Shown here: positions 35,845 through 46,246 of the stretch, one piece after another
Numbering within the stretch: position 1 is the stretch's first letter
Layout of the letters: each line of letters opens with the position of its first letter
Assembly (NCBI GenBank): GCA_965237525.1
Contig: CBDEFO010000008.1
Coordinates: 640,001 to 704,000, forward strand
Origin: Candidatus Latescibacterota bacterium
GTDB lineage: Bacteria; Latescibacterota; CBDEFO01
Direction: 5' to 3'
Length of the DNA stretch: 64,000 nucleotides
Program-made: the position numbers and the translations under genes
The notes under the pieces: model-generated
Database searches by the model: none
What the model was told of the DNA's origin: nothing
Seen by the model: only the letters and a program-made list of their open reading frames with translations

Positions 35845-38826
35845 TCATTCACTCGTTACCATTATCACCTCGTGCAACGTCTTGCTCAGTTCTTCGACCT
35901 TATATGGTTTGGCAACAAAACTGCTGAAACCATATTGCCTGAAATTGGCTAATACCGGATCGTTAGAATAACCGCTCGATACAATTGCCTTAACCTCAGG
36001 GTCTATTTCAAGCAGCCTCCTGATGTCTTCCTCATCGTCCATTATCAAAATCTTGCCTTTGCCGGCAAGGGGTTTTTCCTCTAAATCTTCCTTTATCTGG
36101 ATTGCTTTTGAGGTAGCGGGGAGATAGATATGGAAGGTAGTTCCAACTCCCAACTCGGATTCTACACTTATGTACCCATCGTGGTTTGAAATTATGGAAT
36201 AGGAGGTGGTAAGACCAAGTCCGCTCCCTTTCTTCTTGGTTGTGAAAAAGGGATCGAATACCTTATCAAGTTGCTCCTGGGGTATACCGATCCCCTGATC
36301 TTCAACACATATTTTTATATATTTTCCCTCCTGCAAAGGGAGAAAGTGTTTTGCTCCCACAGTAACATTTTCAGCACGCACCTTAATTGTCCCACCTTGG
36401 GGCATTGCCTGGTAAGCATTGATAATCAAATTGTTGATGACCTGACTTATCTGTCCTTCATCAGCATTAATTGGCCAAACATCGTCTGGTGTGGAAAATT
36501 CGCATTTAACATTGGAGCCTCTCAAGGCAAAGTCAATTGAATCTTTTATGAGCTCTGGGATAGCGACTGTTTTCTTAATCGGTGCTCCGCCTTTGGAAAA
36601 GGTAAGCAATTGCTGGGTCAGGTCTTTTGCCCTCATGGACGCTTTTTCCACATTTGTCAATACTTCAGAGATCTTATCTTCCGATTCTGCATATATCTTT
36701 GCAAGGGAGGTATTAACCAAAATTGTAGCTAGAATATTATTAAAGTCGTGAGCAATTCCAGCAGAAAGGATACCTATCGATTCAAGTTTGCTGATTCTTA
36801 GAAGCTCCGCTTCCATTTTAATGCGCTCGGTGATGTCCTCCATATAGCTTTCAAATCGGTCAAGCTGACCATTTTCGTCCCGAATAGCCACACTGTGGCC
36901 TCGCACCAGGATTTTCTTTCTATCCTTCCGTCGGAGCCAGTACTCGTACTCGTGGTGGCCATAATTATTAAGGTGTTTCAGTAGCTCTTCTCGGTCTTTG
37001 GGGTCTACATAGACATCAGAAGGCTTTATGCTACCGTTGTCGCTCGGTTCCAGCCCCAACATCTCCAAACCTTTCGGATTATAATAGGTAGTCTCGTCCT
37101 GTTTCGTTATAGTAATCCCTAACGGTAAACGCTCAATGAGCATCCTGTATTTTGCTTCGCTTTCCCGCAGCGTCTCTTCCATCCGCTTGTGCACGGTGAT
37201 TTCGTGATAATACCAGACCCGACCATAGTACTCTCCATCCGGACCGAACATCGGAGCGGAGTAGCGTTCGAACGTTACGCCGTTGACCAATGCAATCTCA
37301 TCATAGCTCTTCTCGCTGCGGTGTTCATAGAGATAATTCACCCGTGCAACGAACTGCTCTGGATCGACTAACTTGTTCAACACCGACGGTAAGGCACGCT
37401 CGCTGGACCTTGCCTCTTCAACCTCAGGAGTGATACCCCACATGTGAATAAATCGCTGGTTGAAAGAGAGCCACTTCCCTTTATTATCGACCACAAGGAT
37501 CCCGTCGATCGAAGTTTCCTGCTGAGTCGATAGGATAATGTTCCTAAATCGCAGTTCTTCCTCTATCCGCTTGCGCTCGGTGATGTTTTCATGTATAATA
37601 ATAGCACCAATCACCTTACCATTTTTGAAAAAAGGAACTCCTTTCACATTGAAATAAGCATCAGTACCCCCAGTTGTCGTGGGGAAATACACATCCTTTA
37701 AATCCAAAGACTCTCCTTTGATCACTCTTGTGTAACTCTCCACAATACCTGTATTTACAATACTTGGGCGAGTTGCAAAATCTTCCCCAAGGTATTCTTT
37801 TTTAGAAGTTTTCCCCTTGCCTATGTGATCTATGTGATAAGGATTAATGTCGACTACTTTACCATCCTTGTCCAATAAGACAATCGATACAGGGGCTTTT
37901 TCAAATATACTCCTATACCTTTCCTCGGTTTCTCTTAATGCCTCCTCCGCCTGAATGCGCTCATATATTTCCCCTTGCAATTCTTTCGTTCGTATTTCTA
38001 CCCGTCTTTCCAGGTTTTTGTTTACATATTCCAATTTATCAACCATCAGGTTGAATGAATCAGCTAAGTGGCCGATCTCATCCTCTGACTCTGTCTCTAT
38101 TCTGTAGGTGAGATCTCCTGTCGCTATCCTCTTCGTTCCCCTCACCAGCATATTAATAGGCGAAAGTAACCTGCGAACATAAAACGCGCCTACAACTATT
38201 GCTATAATCACAATCACTAACGCCCCCAAGAGCGTATTTCTTACGGCTATCCTAATCCCTTGATCTTTGCTATCAGCGACCTCTTTGATCATCTGACTGA
38301 TGGTCTCTTGAATCCCTTCGGGAGAGAAACCGATACGGACAATACCCAGCCTCTTTCCCCCAAGCATAATAGGCGCCGATATATCAAAGATATTTGCCTG
38401 CCTTTGTATTAACAAATCTTTGGAAGCGATCGCCCCTTTAGTAAGCTGATCGGTAAGCATGCTCCCGGTCAATTTAGACTCTTCAGTCCCATCAACCTGA
38501 ACCCTCCCTTCTTCATCATGGACGTAAACATAAAGGATGCCCTTTCCCTTCATGGCCAACCTGGCAAGATAGTCCATTTCGAAAATGTCAAATTCATGCA
38601 TAGGCTCCACAAGCTTTTTGGCCAGTAGGGTTGTTAGATCACTTATTTTCTGATCCCATTCTTGCTGAAGAGCATTCTCCATAAGGACTATGTTAATGCG
38701 TTCTACATCAGAGAAACTCCGCCGGTGAAGATCTATTACAACGGCAATAAAAACCACTACCGTCAGTAGGATCACAAGCGCGGTAAATAACATTAACTTT
38801 GTCCGGATGCTTCTGAATCGGAACAT
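35845..38826 (-). CDS. Hybrid sensor histidine kinase (2 TM, HAMP, 3 PAS, HisKA, HATPase, internally deleted receiver domain)
   Basis: 'AGIAHDFNNIL', 'QVINNLIINAYQAM', 'DQGIGI', 'FDPFFTTK', 'GSGLGL'; receiver reduced to 'ILIMDDEEDIRRLLEIDP'. Confidence 0.93.
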   Translation of the reverse strand: MFRFRSIRTKLMLFTALVILLTVVVFIAVVIDLHRRSFSDVERINIVLMENALQQEWDQKISDLTTLLAKKLVEPMHEFDIFEMDYLARLAMKGKGILYVYVHDEEGRVQVDGTEESKLTGSMLTDQLTKGAIASKDLLIQRQANIFDISAPIMLGGKRLGIVRIGFSPEGIQETISQMIKEVADSKDQGIRIAVRNTLLGALVIVIIAIVVGAFYVRRLLSPINMLVRGTKRIATGDLTYRIETESEDEIGHLADSFNLMVDKLEYVNKNLERRVEIRTKELQGEIYERIQAEEALRETEERYRSIFEKAPVSIVLLDKDGKVVDINPYHIDHIGKGKTSKKEYLGEDFATRPSIVNTGIVESYTRVIKGESLDLKDVYFPTTTGGTDAYFNVKGVPFFKNGKVIGAIIIHENITERKRIEEELRFRNIILSTQQETSIDGILVVDNKGKWLSFNQRFIHMWGITPEVEEARSSERALPSVLNKLVDPEQFVARVNYLYEHRSEKSYDEIALVNGVTFERYSAPMFGPDGEYYGRVWYYHEITVHKRMEETLRESEAKYRMLIERLPLGITITKQDETTYYNPKGLEMLGLEPSDNGSIKPSDVYVDPKDREELLKHLNNYGHHEYEYWLRRKDRKKILVRGHSVAIRDENGQLDRFESYMEDITERIKMEAELLRISKLESIGILSAGIAHDFNNILATILVNTSLAKIYAESEDKISEVLTNVEKASMRAKDLTQQLLTFSKGGAPIKKTVAIPELIKDSIDFALRGSNVKCEFSTPDDVWPINADEGQISQVINNLIINAYQAMPQGGTIKVRAENVTVGAKHFLPLQEGKYIKICVEDQGIGIPQEQLDKVFDPFFTTKKKGSGLGLTTSYSIISNHDGYISVESELGVGTTFHIYLPATSKAIQIKEDLEEKPLAGKGKILIMDDEEDIRRLLEIDPEVKAIVSSGYSNDPVLANFRQYGFSSFVAKPYKVEELSKTLHEVIMVTSE

Positions 38827-38828
38827 TC

Positions 38829-39785
38829 TTAGCGAACCTCCTCTCCACAAGTCTTTAACACGTCCTCAATGGGCTTTAAGACCTCTTTTGTAATTTCAAC
38901 GAATCTATTTATCTGGCGCGGTTTAAGGGCTTCTCTACCTTCTTTGCTCTTATCCATCTTGAGCAGTTCTTCTTTAATCCTATCCACCAGTTTCTTTTCC
39001 AGCCCCGCTCGGACTATCACGAACATTCCTGGAACCTTCTGGGTCTCATAAATAATCTCAAACTCCTCTCTATAAGCCTCTGGGTTCTCCCTTGAATTAA
39101 CCCAATCCAAGTTGCTCAAAGCTCCAGCAGCGACCTTGTTATAGTACACCCAGCTGGAGATATTCAACTCTGAGCCGGAAAAAATATAGCCTATCTTACC
39201 CGGCGGAACAGAGGAATCAAAGTGATCCAATTCAACCAGATCCAGGCCCTTTATCTTCATTGAGCACTTGGGAAGGAGGTAAGCTGAGGTTGACACCGGA
39301 TCCTCGAAGGCGATTATCTTCCCCTTCAAATCTTCCATTCGACGTATTCCGCTGTCCCTTCGAACAAACACAAAGCTACTATACTCAGACATTCTGTTTC
39401 TCCAAGCTAAAAGAATTGGAGTAGCACTTACCTCAGCTTTGTACAGGAAAGCCGCAAACGGAGTATCTAAAATGATGTCGACCCTTCCCTCTTTCAGAGA
39501 CTTAATTATAGTAGCGTTGTTATTATTACCCGCAAGTATCACCTCACCTTTTTCAATGCCCACATCCTTAAGCTTTGATGCCAAATAGTCTATAATAGGC
39601 TCGAACTCCCTCTGTTTTTCCGATACTTTGTCAGTGGCCTTCCCTAGAGTAAGGACACGTTGTTTAGGCTTTTCTCGGCTATAAGCGACGTTTTCCAACA
39701 GAAGCCCCAAAGTCAAAATCAAACCCACCACAATTGTCCTAAGGCATAACCTTCTCCCTATGGTAGCGCCGTCTCCCGAGCCCAC
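38829..39785 (-). CDS. Phosphate/phosphite/phosphonate-binding protein (PhnD-like)
   Basis: 'FEPIIDYLA', 'YSSFVFVRRDSGI', 'DLKGK..AFEDPVSTSAYLLP'; exact start uncertain. Confidence 0.88.
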   Translation of the reverse strand: MGSGDGATIGRRLCLRTIVVGLILTLGLLLENVAYSREKPKQRVLTLGKATDKVSEKQREFEPIIDYLASKLKDVGIEKGEVILAGNNNNATIIKSLKEGRVDIILDTPFAAFLYKAEVSATPILLAWRNRMSEYSSFVFVRRDSGIRRMEDLKGKIIAFEDPVSTSAYLLPKCSMKIKGLDLVELDHFDSSVPPGKIGYIFSGSELNISSWVYYNKVAAGALSNLDWVNSRENPEAYREEFEIIYETQKVPGMFVIVRAGLEKKLVDRIKEELLKMDKSKEGREALKPRQINRFVEITKEVLKPIEDVLKTCGEEVR

Positions 39786-41005
39786 AGGGCAGAGAGCATA
39801 GTAATAGAACCTTCTCTCTCATTTGCAGTAAATACAATTCCATTTTCAGGATGGGCTGATAATCCCTCTGTACCTATAATGCTCTTTTCCATACTAATAT
39901 CATTTTCATAGTCAACACCGGTCGGAGCAATGGAATCGAATTTGGGATCCGTCGGATCGGTAACATCGTAAACTACCACCGCATGGGATTCCTGTAAGGA
40001 AATTAGCGCATACAGCTTGCCATCTTTTTCGATTAGGACACACTCTTCCGGTTCGGTCCTTTTCGTCGACTTGCGCTGATCGATATTATAGGGAGGCGCA
40101 GGAACATCGTCCTCAATGAAGTGGGTGCTCAATAGAGTCCCATCCGGCAGGCTCATCATACTGAATGAGCCGTTCTTCTCATTTGAAATCAAGGCGTAGG
40201 CGCCGTCCGGTGAAATTGCAAGACCATCGGGCTCGGCGGGTACCCCTTCAACATCCGGTAGAGCGACAAAGGTCATAGTTGCATCAGGGACATCGGACAG
40301 TTCAAATATGCCGATTTCGCTTGTCTCCTGCACAGAGACGATAACCGTGTTGTTGTCGGGCGATATTTCAACGCCCTCAGGCTCCGAATCTTCGGCATGG
40401 TCAACTCTTATCTCCTGTGTCACTTCTGCATCGGCAACGCCAACGCTCAAATCGATAACAGAAACGCTGCCGCCAAAGCGTTCAGCGGGCTTACAAGGTC
40501 TATCTTCACGATCGTCTTCGTTGGAAACAACAATCCATTTACCATCATTGGAAAAGGCGGCAGAATCGGGATTATAGCCGACTTCGATGCGTTTTTCGAT
40601 TGTCCCATCGGAAATTTTGACCAAAAGGATCCAGCCTTTTGCGCAGTCAACTTCGGCCACTGTAACTGCAATGTATTGACCGTCCGGTGAAACATCTATT
40701 GCTGTCATCTCGGAGGTTGCAGAGCCCGGATCCAGAGCGTAAACGGAGCTAAAATTAAAGTCTGTCGCCATATAGTCGATCAGGGTGAGTCTGTTTACGG
40801 CTGAAGACACGAAGACAGCTCGGTTATCTGTCCCTGGAACAATGCGAACGATCTCCGGATTGGCGTCCTGTTCTATGGCACGGGAAATGACGGTCTTAAT
40901 TTGAAAAGAATCTGTGGTTGACGGTCCAACGGGTCCTCCTCCGTCCTTCCCGCAGGAGACAACTATCAATAAAGCCATTGACGATAAGATCGACAGATTT
41001 CTCAT
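39758..41005 (-). CDS. Beta-propeller lipoprotein (choice-of-anchor I-like)
   Basis: Lipobox 'VSCG'; 'VGYNPDSAAFSNDGK..VVSNE', 'EPEGVEISPD', 'QESHAVVVYDVTDP', 'GTEGL'. Confidence 0.7.
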   Translation of the reverse strand: MRNLSILSSMALLIVVSCGKDGGGPVGPSTTDSFQIKTVISRAIEQDANPEIVRIVPGTDNRAVFVSSAVNRLTLIDYMATDFNFSSVYALDPGSATSEMTAIDVSPDGQYIAVTVAEVDCAKGWILLVKISDGTIEKRIEVGYNPDSAAFSNDGKWIVVSNEDDREDRPCKPAERFGGSVSVIDLSVGVADAEVTQEIRVDHAEDSEPEGVEISPDNNTVIVSVQETSEIGIFELSDVPDATMTFVALPDVEGVPAEPDGLAISPDGAYALISNEKNGSFSMMSLPDGTLLSTHFIEDDVPAPPYNIDQRKSTKRTEPEECVLIEKDGKLYALISLQESHAVVVYDVTDPTDPKFDSIAPTGVDYENDISMEKSIIGTEGLSAHPENGIVFTANEREGSITMLSALWARETALP

Positions 41006-41032
41006 AAGAGACCTTATTCATTTTATCAAAGC

Positions 41033-42163
41033 TTAAAACTTGAAATTGGATTGGATCAAAAGCTGATTGTCCCTCACACTATCTTCCGGAGGATCGCCGC
41101 CTGTTGTTTCGTCAAGGAGGTAATACTCCACCTTTATGATAAGATTTTTATTGATCCGAGTCAATAGAGCGAAAGCAGTCATCTTACGATCCCAGGTCAT
41201 AGGATTGCCTAGCAGGGGCGGATGGTCTCTGACATTTAAAACACCATAACGAATTAGAGGTTCGATATCTTTTAGCGGCAAAAGCTCGATTCGATAAGAC
41301 CCTTCGATGTAATAACCATCGCGGGGTAATAACCCGTCCTGCGAATTGATAAATTCAGCTCGAGCATGGACTTTATGCCGATCAAAGCTAATCCTTCCGC
41401 CATACCACCAATGAGTCCTATCGGTGCGATCGCCTAATTTATCGTATTCGGCTAAACTCTGGGAAAGCTGTGTCTTCCAGTCAAAGTCGTCTATCAGTTT
41501 GCCGTTATAATACCAACTCAAAATAGATAAGTCAAGTGCTTTTAATCCTAGAATAGCGCCATACTCAAAGGTCTGGCCATCTTTTGTCGCAGAATCATCG
41601 TAAACAATCAGTTTGAAAGATTTGTCCTCAGCGGCGTCGCCGGTTCCCAGCGGACGTTTCTGGGCAGTAGAAAGAGCGCCGACTAAACTGATATCTTCGG
41701 CTATCGGGAATTCGGTCTGTGAGGTAATGTGATATTCCCGGCCTCTCCAATAGGCAGTACCGATCAGCGGATAGCCCTCCGTCCGGCGACCGGTGTGAAT
41801 ATAGGGACGGTTTTTCCCAATTTCAAATAGAGTGCGGATCAATGGTGCATTAAGGTGAGCATAATGTTTATCTACGCGCGCTTTATTATCATCAAAGCGG
41901 AGCTATGCTTTATAGTATAGATTTTCGTTATAAATAATTTTGGTCGACAGTACAGCTTTATCTATTCGCGCGTGTGGGCTACGTGTTTTAACCTTTTGAA
42001 AGGTCAGATCTCGATGAGCAAAACCGCCGCTGCCTTCAACATCTACGAATTCCATCTCCACCACACCGCCGAATTGCATTAAAATACCATCGCTATTTCT
42101 AATCTGGAATGCATCCGATTGGGCAGTAAAAAGTAGGATACTTAATAACAGCAAGTTTCTCAT
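41033..42163 (-). pseudogene. Outer-membrane porin-like beta-barrel gene with one in-frame TAG
   Basis: The two ORF-track pieces are in one frame, joined through TAG at 41903-41905 ('YYKA*LRFDD'); signal peptide and C-terminal Phe. Confidence 0.75.
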
Positions 42164-42239
42164 TTCTTTTTAATCTCTTGCCGATCACGATAGACCATCA
42201 TTGACCTCCTTGATAGCGATTTTGTCAGTCTTGTATGCA

Positions 42240-42950
42240 CTATCCCCTGTCGCGCACCACTTCTGCAGCTTTGGCCCAGGGGTAGTCCGGATCATCGGCC
42301 TGTGCATCGCGATAAGTTGGGAGCCACACCCACCGATCTGCCCGTGATCTGTTTGGATGACTTGCATGTAGCATCAGATCGTGAAAGAACACCGCTCCAC
42401 CGGCACCAAGTTCTGCCGTTACAGCCGCACTTTCATCTACCGCGTCAGGACGAAGCCGATGTTCGAATCCGAAACCATCATTTGTATCCCCATCGTGAAC
42501 AACGAAAGCCTTGTGGGAGCGGGGCAGTAATTTCAGGCAGCCGTTCTCCACTGTGGCATCGTTCAGCGCGACCCACACAGAAATCTTTTGACTCCCCTTC
42601 CAGTACGGCCAATCCTGGTGCCAAGGGCTGCCGAAATCTGTTGATTCGTTCTTGAAGACTACCTTGTCACTTAAAAAAGAGATGTTGGGACTGATGACCG
42701 CTTCGAGGATGTCAAGCAGTCGCTCATCACTCACCGCACGGCGATACAGTTGGCTCTTCACTGCCAGACCCACGTACACCCTATTATGCAAGACCTACCC
42801 AGGATCCTTCCCAGCTCGGGCGGCCTCACGCCGCACTTCATCCAGGATATAACCGATCTCCTCTTTGAACACTTTCATCTCATCTTGATCAAATAGATCG
42901 GGGACGATAACAAAACCGTGCTCAACAAAGCCGTCGCAGACTTCCTCAAA
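42240..42950 (-). pseudogene. Phytanoyl-CoA dioxygenase (PhyH) family gene with an in-frame TAG
   Basis: 'PWHQD', 'SVWVAL..AT.ENGCL', 'LHAS..NRS'; upstream 'FVEHGFVIVPDLF' in frame across TAG at 42795-42797; start codon not found. Confidence 0.8.
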
Positions 42951-43300
42951 TGATGGGCGATCTTTCCCCTTCCTTCTACTTTAACATCTGCGTGGTTTCA
43001 AAGCGGAAAATTTGTACTCGATAAAGATACATAATATCAGCTACTTGTCAATATTCTTGTGCCTAAATTATCCCTATCAGTAAACGGTAAGGGCAGACCC
43101 GCGGGTCTGCCCCCAGTCAGTAGATAGGCCCTCGATAGATTCAGTCGGGGGCAGGGACGAATCTTCGCTCCCCTGTATGCTCCTTACTTAAAATATCGTC
43201 TCGGTCAGCCCGCCATCTGCAAAAACTTCCACCCTGAACCGAAATTCTTCATTGTTTCCGCGGCTCGAACTGAGGTATCGAAGAACTTCTTGAGGAGAAA

Positions 43301-43798
43301 TCAGTTAGTGACTCCTCGCTCGCCCAAGTGTCTGTCCAGCATCAGTAAAGCGGTGTCCTGGTCTCCTATCATCTTCAACTGCTCTATGATCTGGGTGGTT
43401 ACTTTTTCCTCTTCGACCTGTTCTGTGATGAACCACTGCAACTCCACCTGGGTTGCGTAGTCGTTCTCCTCAACCGAGAGCTCGTAGAGTCGGTGGATCT
43501 TCCCTGTCACCTCCTGCTCGTGTTCCAGGACCTGCTTGAAGATGGCCAGCGGCGATTTGAACTCCGAAGGCGGCTGATCGATAGCCTGAAGAACCACGCG
43601 GCCGCCTCGATCGTAAATATAGTCGAAGAGCCTCATAGCGTGTGAATACTCCTCCTGGCTTTGCAGTCGCATCCAGCGGGCAGACCCCAGAAGATTGATC
43701 GTTTCGCAATATGTGGACATCGAAAGGTACAGATAAGAGGAGTAGAGCTCATCTTTGATCTGTTCGTTGATCGCGTCTTGAACTGTCTTTTTTAGCAT
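43301..43798 (-). CDS. ftnA: Non-heme ferritin
   Basis: 'INEQIKDELYSSYLYLSM', 'QSQEEYSHA', 'HEQEVT', 'LQWFITEQVEEE'. Confidence 0.96.
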   Translation of the reverse strand: MLKKTVQDAINEQIKDELYSSYLYLSMSTYCETINLLGSARWMRLQSQEEYSHAMRLFDYIYDRGGRVVLQAIDQPPSEFKSPLAIFKQVLEHEQEVTGKIHRLYELSVEENDYATQVELQWFITEQVEEEKVTTQIIEQLKMIGDQDTALLMLDRHLGERGVTN

Positions 43799-43911
43799 CC
43801 CTTTGCTCCCTTCTATAAGAATAGATAGAATTGACGATTACTATATTTAAACTTGCGTTATACAGCAGGTTAGGTACTGCTGGCTCCTTAAATAAGAACA
43901 GACAAGAATGT

Positions 43912-44200
43912 CTATCCTACCGACATACAAAAAGGTGGGTCAGACATTCCTATCTGGCCAAAGTTATGGCTCTTCTGGGAATGAGTCCATCTCATTAGTA
44001 ACAGTATCCTTGTCCGCACTAATTTTCCAGTACCATACGGTTCCGTCCGATAGAGAGAGACCCCACTGGCAATGCCCTCTCTATTATTATCTTTGCTATC
44101 CCAGACTACAGAGCGATTGCCCGCATTCATCTCTCCATCCATCGAATTCGGAACCTTATGTCCTAACATATTATACACGGATATGTTGATTTAGGTTTGA
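43912..44200 (-). pseudogene. Orphan FlgD-Ig-like C-terminal domain remnant
   Basis: 'IRVYNMLGHKV...AGNRSVVWDSKDNNREGIASGVSLYR' with no upstream body. Confidence 0.55.
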
Positions 44201-44291
44201 ACACGAAGATCATAATAAATCACTTTCTTAGGTCAGAATAGAGAGATTCAACAACACTAGATACTCGAGGTGATACTTCAACCTGTCGTCA

Positions 44292-45335
44292 TTATACCTG
44301 GTAGGTCTGCCACGTGCCCAGACAGCCGTGGCCCCGGCGAACGTGTAGGACGCCTTTAGCCGGCTCGGCGATGTATCCTGATATGGAGTGCATCCCCTTT
44401 TCTCCGTGCCTGCATATGCCGCTTGCCTCATTTTGGTGGTCTGCTAGGATAGTCTTTAAGGTCTCTACAGTTATCTTTCCCCAGTTTTCCACGATCAGGA
44501 CACGCATACGGGCAAGTCGGGGGCAGGAATCGGGAAGGGAATTGGTCTCAAAGGGGGAAAACTGGGGCGTCAAGTAATGGTTGGTGTGTACGCAGAGGTG
44601 CGGATGTTCATCCTCAAAGAGGGCGATTCCCTCAGGACGAACCTCGACGTCGGCGATTTTACCCAGGCTGTCGCATAGAACCACGTTGTGTGCTGAGCAC
44701 GTCCGGTGCCGCTCCAAGAGTTCCACGCACTCCTCTACGGTCTCTTTTTCCAGCATTACCCGCTTTAGGGGATAGTGGGGCAGACCGTGACGCCACTGAT
44801 AGTCGTACAGAGCATTGGCAAAGTGAGTCAGACCGTGTTCGTTCATTCCCGAGTAGCCGAGTTGTCCGGCAAAGGTGAACATGAGCGCTCTTGGACGACC
44901 ATCGGCAGGCTTTACCCGAAGCAATATTGCCACGTCTGCGTATTCTGGCTCCAGGTCCTGGTTCTGGCCGGCAAGGGGCTGGCCGTCGGCTGCTGTGGCC
45001 GTTCCTGCCCAGGCAAAGGCGGAGCACCCCTCCATCGTCCCCGAACTGACTTGGGCGGACTCAGCGCGGACTTGGCAGAGCATCGCCTCTTCAAAGCTTA
45101 TAGCTGCCCCGTCAGCAAGGCCGCGTACCTCCTCCAGGAAAGGGGGACTTAGTATTTCCATTTCGTGCCTAAAGGCCATAGCGTTTTTGCGTAGTACACT
45201 CACTGGTGTGTGCGTTAGCTTCTCTATCCATGAAATGTATCGCCTCACCAGCTCGGCAGCCTGGACACCATGCTGGTAGCCCATCTCATAGGAACTTCCC
45301 TGCACCTCGATCAGGGGGAATGCATGACCTGTCAT
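44292..45335 (-). CDS. C45 family peptidase / acyl-CoA:6-APA acyltransferase-like Ntn hydrolase
   Basis: 'GSSYEMGYQHG', 'EGCS', 'GQNQD', 'GMNEHGL', 'HTNHY', 'ICRH'. Confidence 0.88.
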   Translation of the reverse strand: MTGHAFPLIEVQGSSYEMGYQHGVQAAELVRRYISWIEKLTHTPVSVLRKNAMAFRHEMEILSPPFLEEVRGLADGAAISFEEAMLCQVRAESAQVSSGTMEGCSAFAWAGTATAADGQPLAGQNQDLEPEYADVAILLRVKPADGRPRALMFTFAGQLGYSGMNEHGLTHFANALYDYQWRHGLPHYPLKRVMLEKETVEECVELLERHRTCSAHNVVLCDSLGKIADVEVRPEGIALFEDEHPHLCVHTNHYLTPQFSPFETNSLPDSCPRLARMRVLIVENWGKITVETLKTILADHQNEASGICRHGEKGMHSISGYIAEPAKGVLHVRRGHGCLGTWQTYQV

Positions 45336-45399
45336 ATTATCACTTGCCTCTACAAGTAGACACTCTGAAGGGAAGGATATTGATATGCTGTAGCCTTGT

Positions 45400-46188
45400 T
45401 CAGGAGTGCGCCCCTACGGCTGCTTGACGCATCTTTTGAGCCTTCATTTCGGCCCCTGTCTTAAGATGAATGACCTCATTACCATAGCTTGCCATCGTTA
45501 TGCCCATCTTCATCCACTCTATAAGCAATTCCACGTCGTTCTGCTGACAGCCGGGTGCTGCGTCATGCCTTTTACAGGCCTCTATAACCTCTTTGACGCA
45601 CTCGAACATTTTGGGGTCTCCCTGCTTTCCGGGAATCCCGAGGTTGATCGAAAGATCGTTGGGTCCGATAAATGCGGCGTCCACACCCTCCACAGACAGA
45701 AGATCGTCTATCCTTTCAATCGCAGTGGAGCTTTCTATCTGAATTGCGATCATCGTCTCACGATTGGCCTCCACTATATAATCTTGCATGGGCGTGCTCT
45801 CGTAGTCCAAAGCCACGGGTCTGAGCGCCGAGCCCCTCCTCCCCCAAGGCGGAAACTTGGTAGATTCGATTATTCTTTCGACCTGCTCCTTCGTCTCAAC
45901 TCTCGGAATAATAAGCCCCATAGCCCCTGAATCTAATGCCCTTGCCAAAAAGTGATAGATGGGATCGGGGACTCTCATAAAGGGCATAATCCCTATAGCT
46001 CTTCCCTCCTTCATCAGCAGCCTGGCTGTGTCCTCATTATACGGAGAATGCTCTGCGTCCACAACGAAAAAGTCAAAGCCTGCATCGCCTAAAATCCTTA
46101 CAGCCTCGGGGTCTTTCATAAGGTTAAGAAATGTACCTATCGAAGTCTTCCCATCCTTGAGGTCCCACTTTACCTTATTCTCTATCAT
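45400..46188 (-). CDS. HpcH/HpaI aldolase family protein
   Basis: 'VDAEHSP', 'RALDSGAMG', 'FPPWGRRG', 'IQIES', 'FIGPNDLS'. Confidence 0.93.
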   Translation of the reverse strand: MIENKVKWDLKDGKTSIGTFLNLMKDPEAVRILGDAGFDFFVVDAEHSPYNEDTARLLMKEGRAIGIMPFMRVPDPIYHFLARALDSGAMGLIIPRVETKEQVERIIESTKFPPWGRRGSALRPVALDYESTPMQDYIVEANRETMIAIQIESSTAIERIDDLLSVEGVDAAFIGPNDLSINLGIPGKQGDPKMFECVKEVIEACKRHDAAPGCQQNDVELLIEWMKMGITMASYGNEVIHLKTGAEMKAQKMRQAAVGAHS

Positions 46189-46246
46189 CTTAATATCCTT
46201 CCGTTGGGAGTAGGACAGGGTTGTCCCGTCTACTGGCTACTGTCCC

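Noticed and set aside
41903..42797. Two in-frame TAG codons within 1 kb, suggesting amber recoding or pyrrolysine
   Set aside because: TAG is the normal stop of gap, secG and others here; no pyl genes or suppressor tRNA in the window; TAA and frameshift lesions also occur, so nonsense mutation is simpler
43825..43855. Fur box upstream of ferritin
   Set aside because: AT-rich, but the match to the Fur consensus is too weak to call
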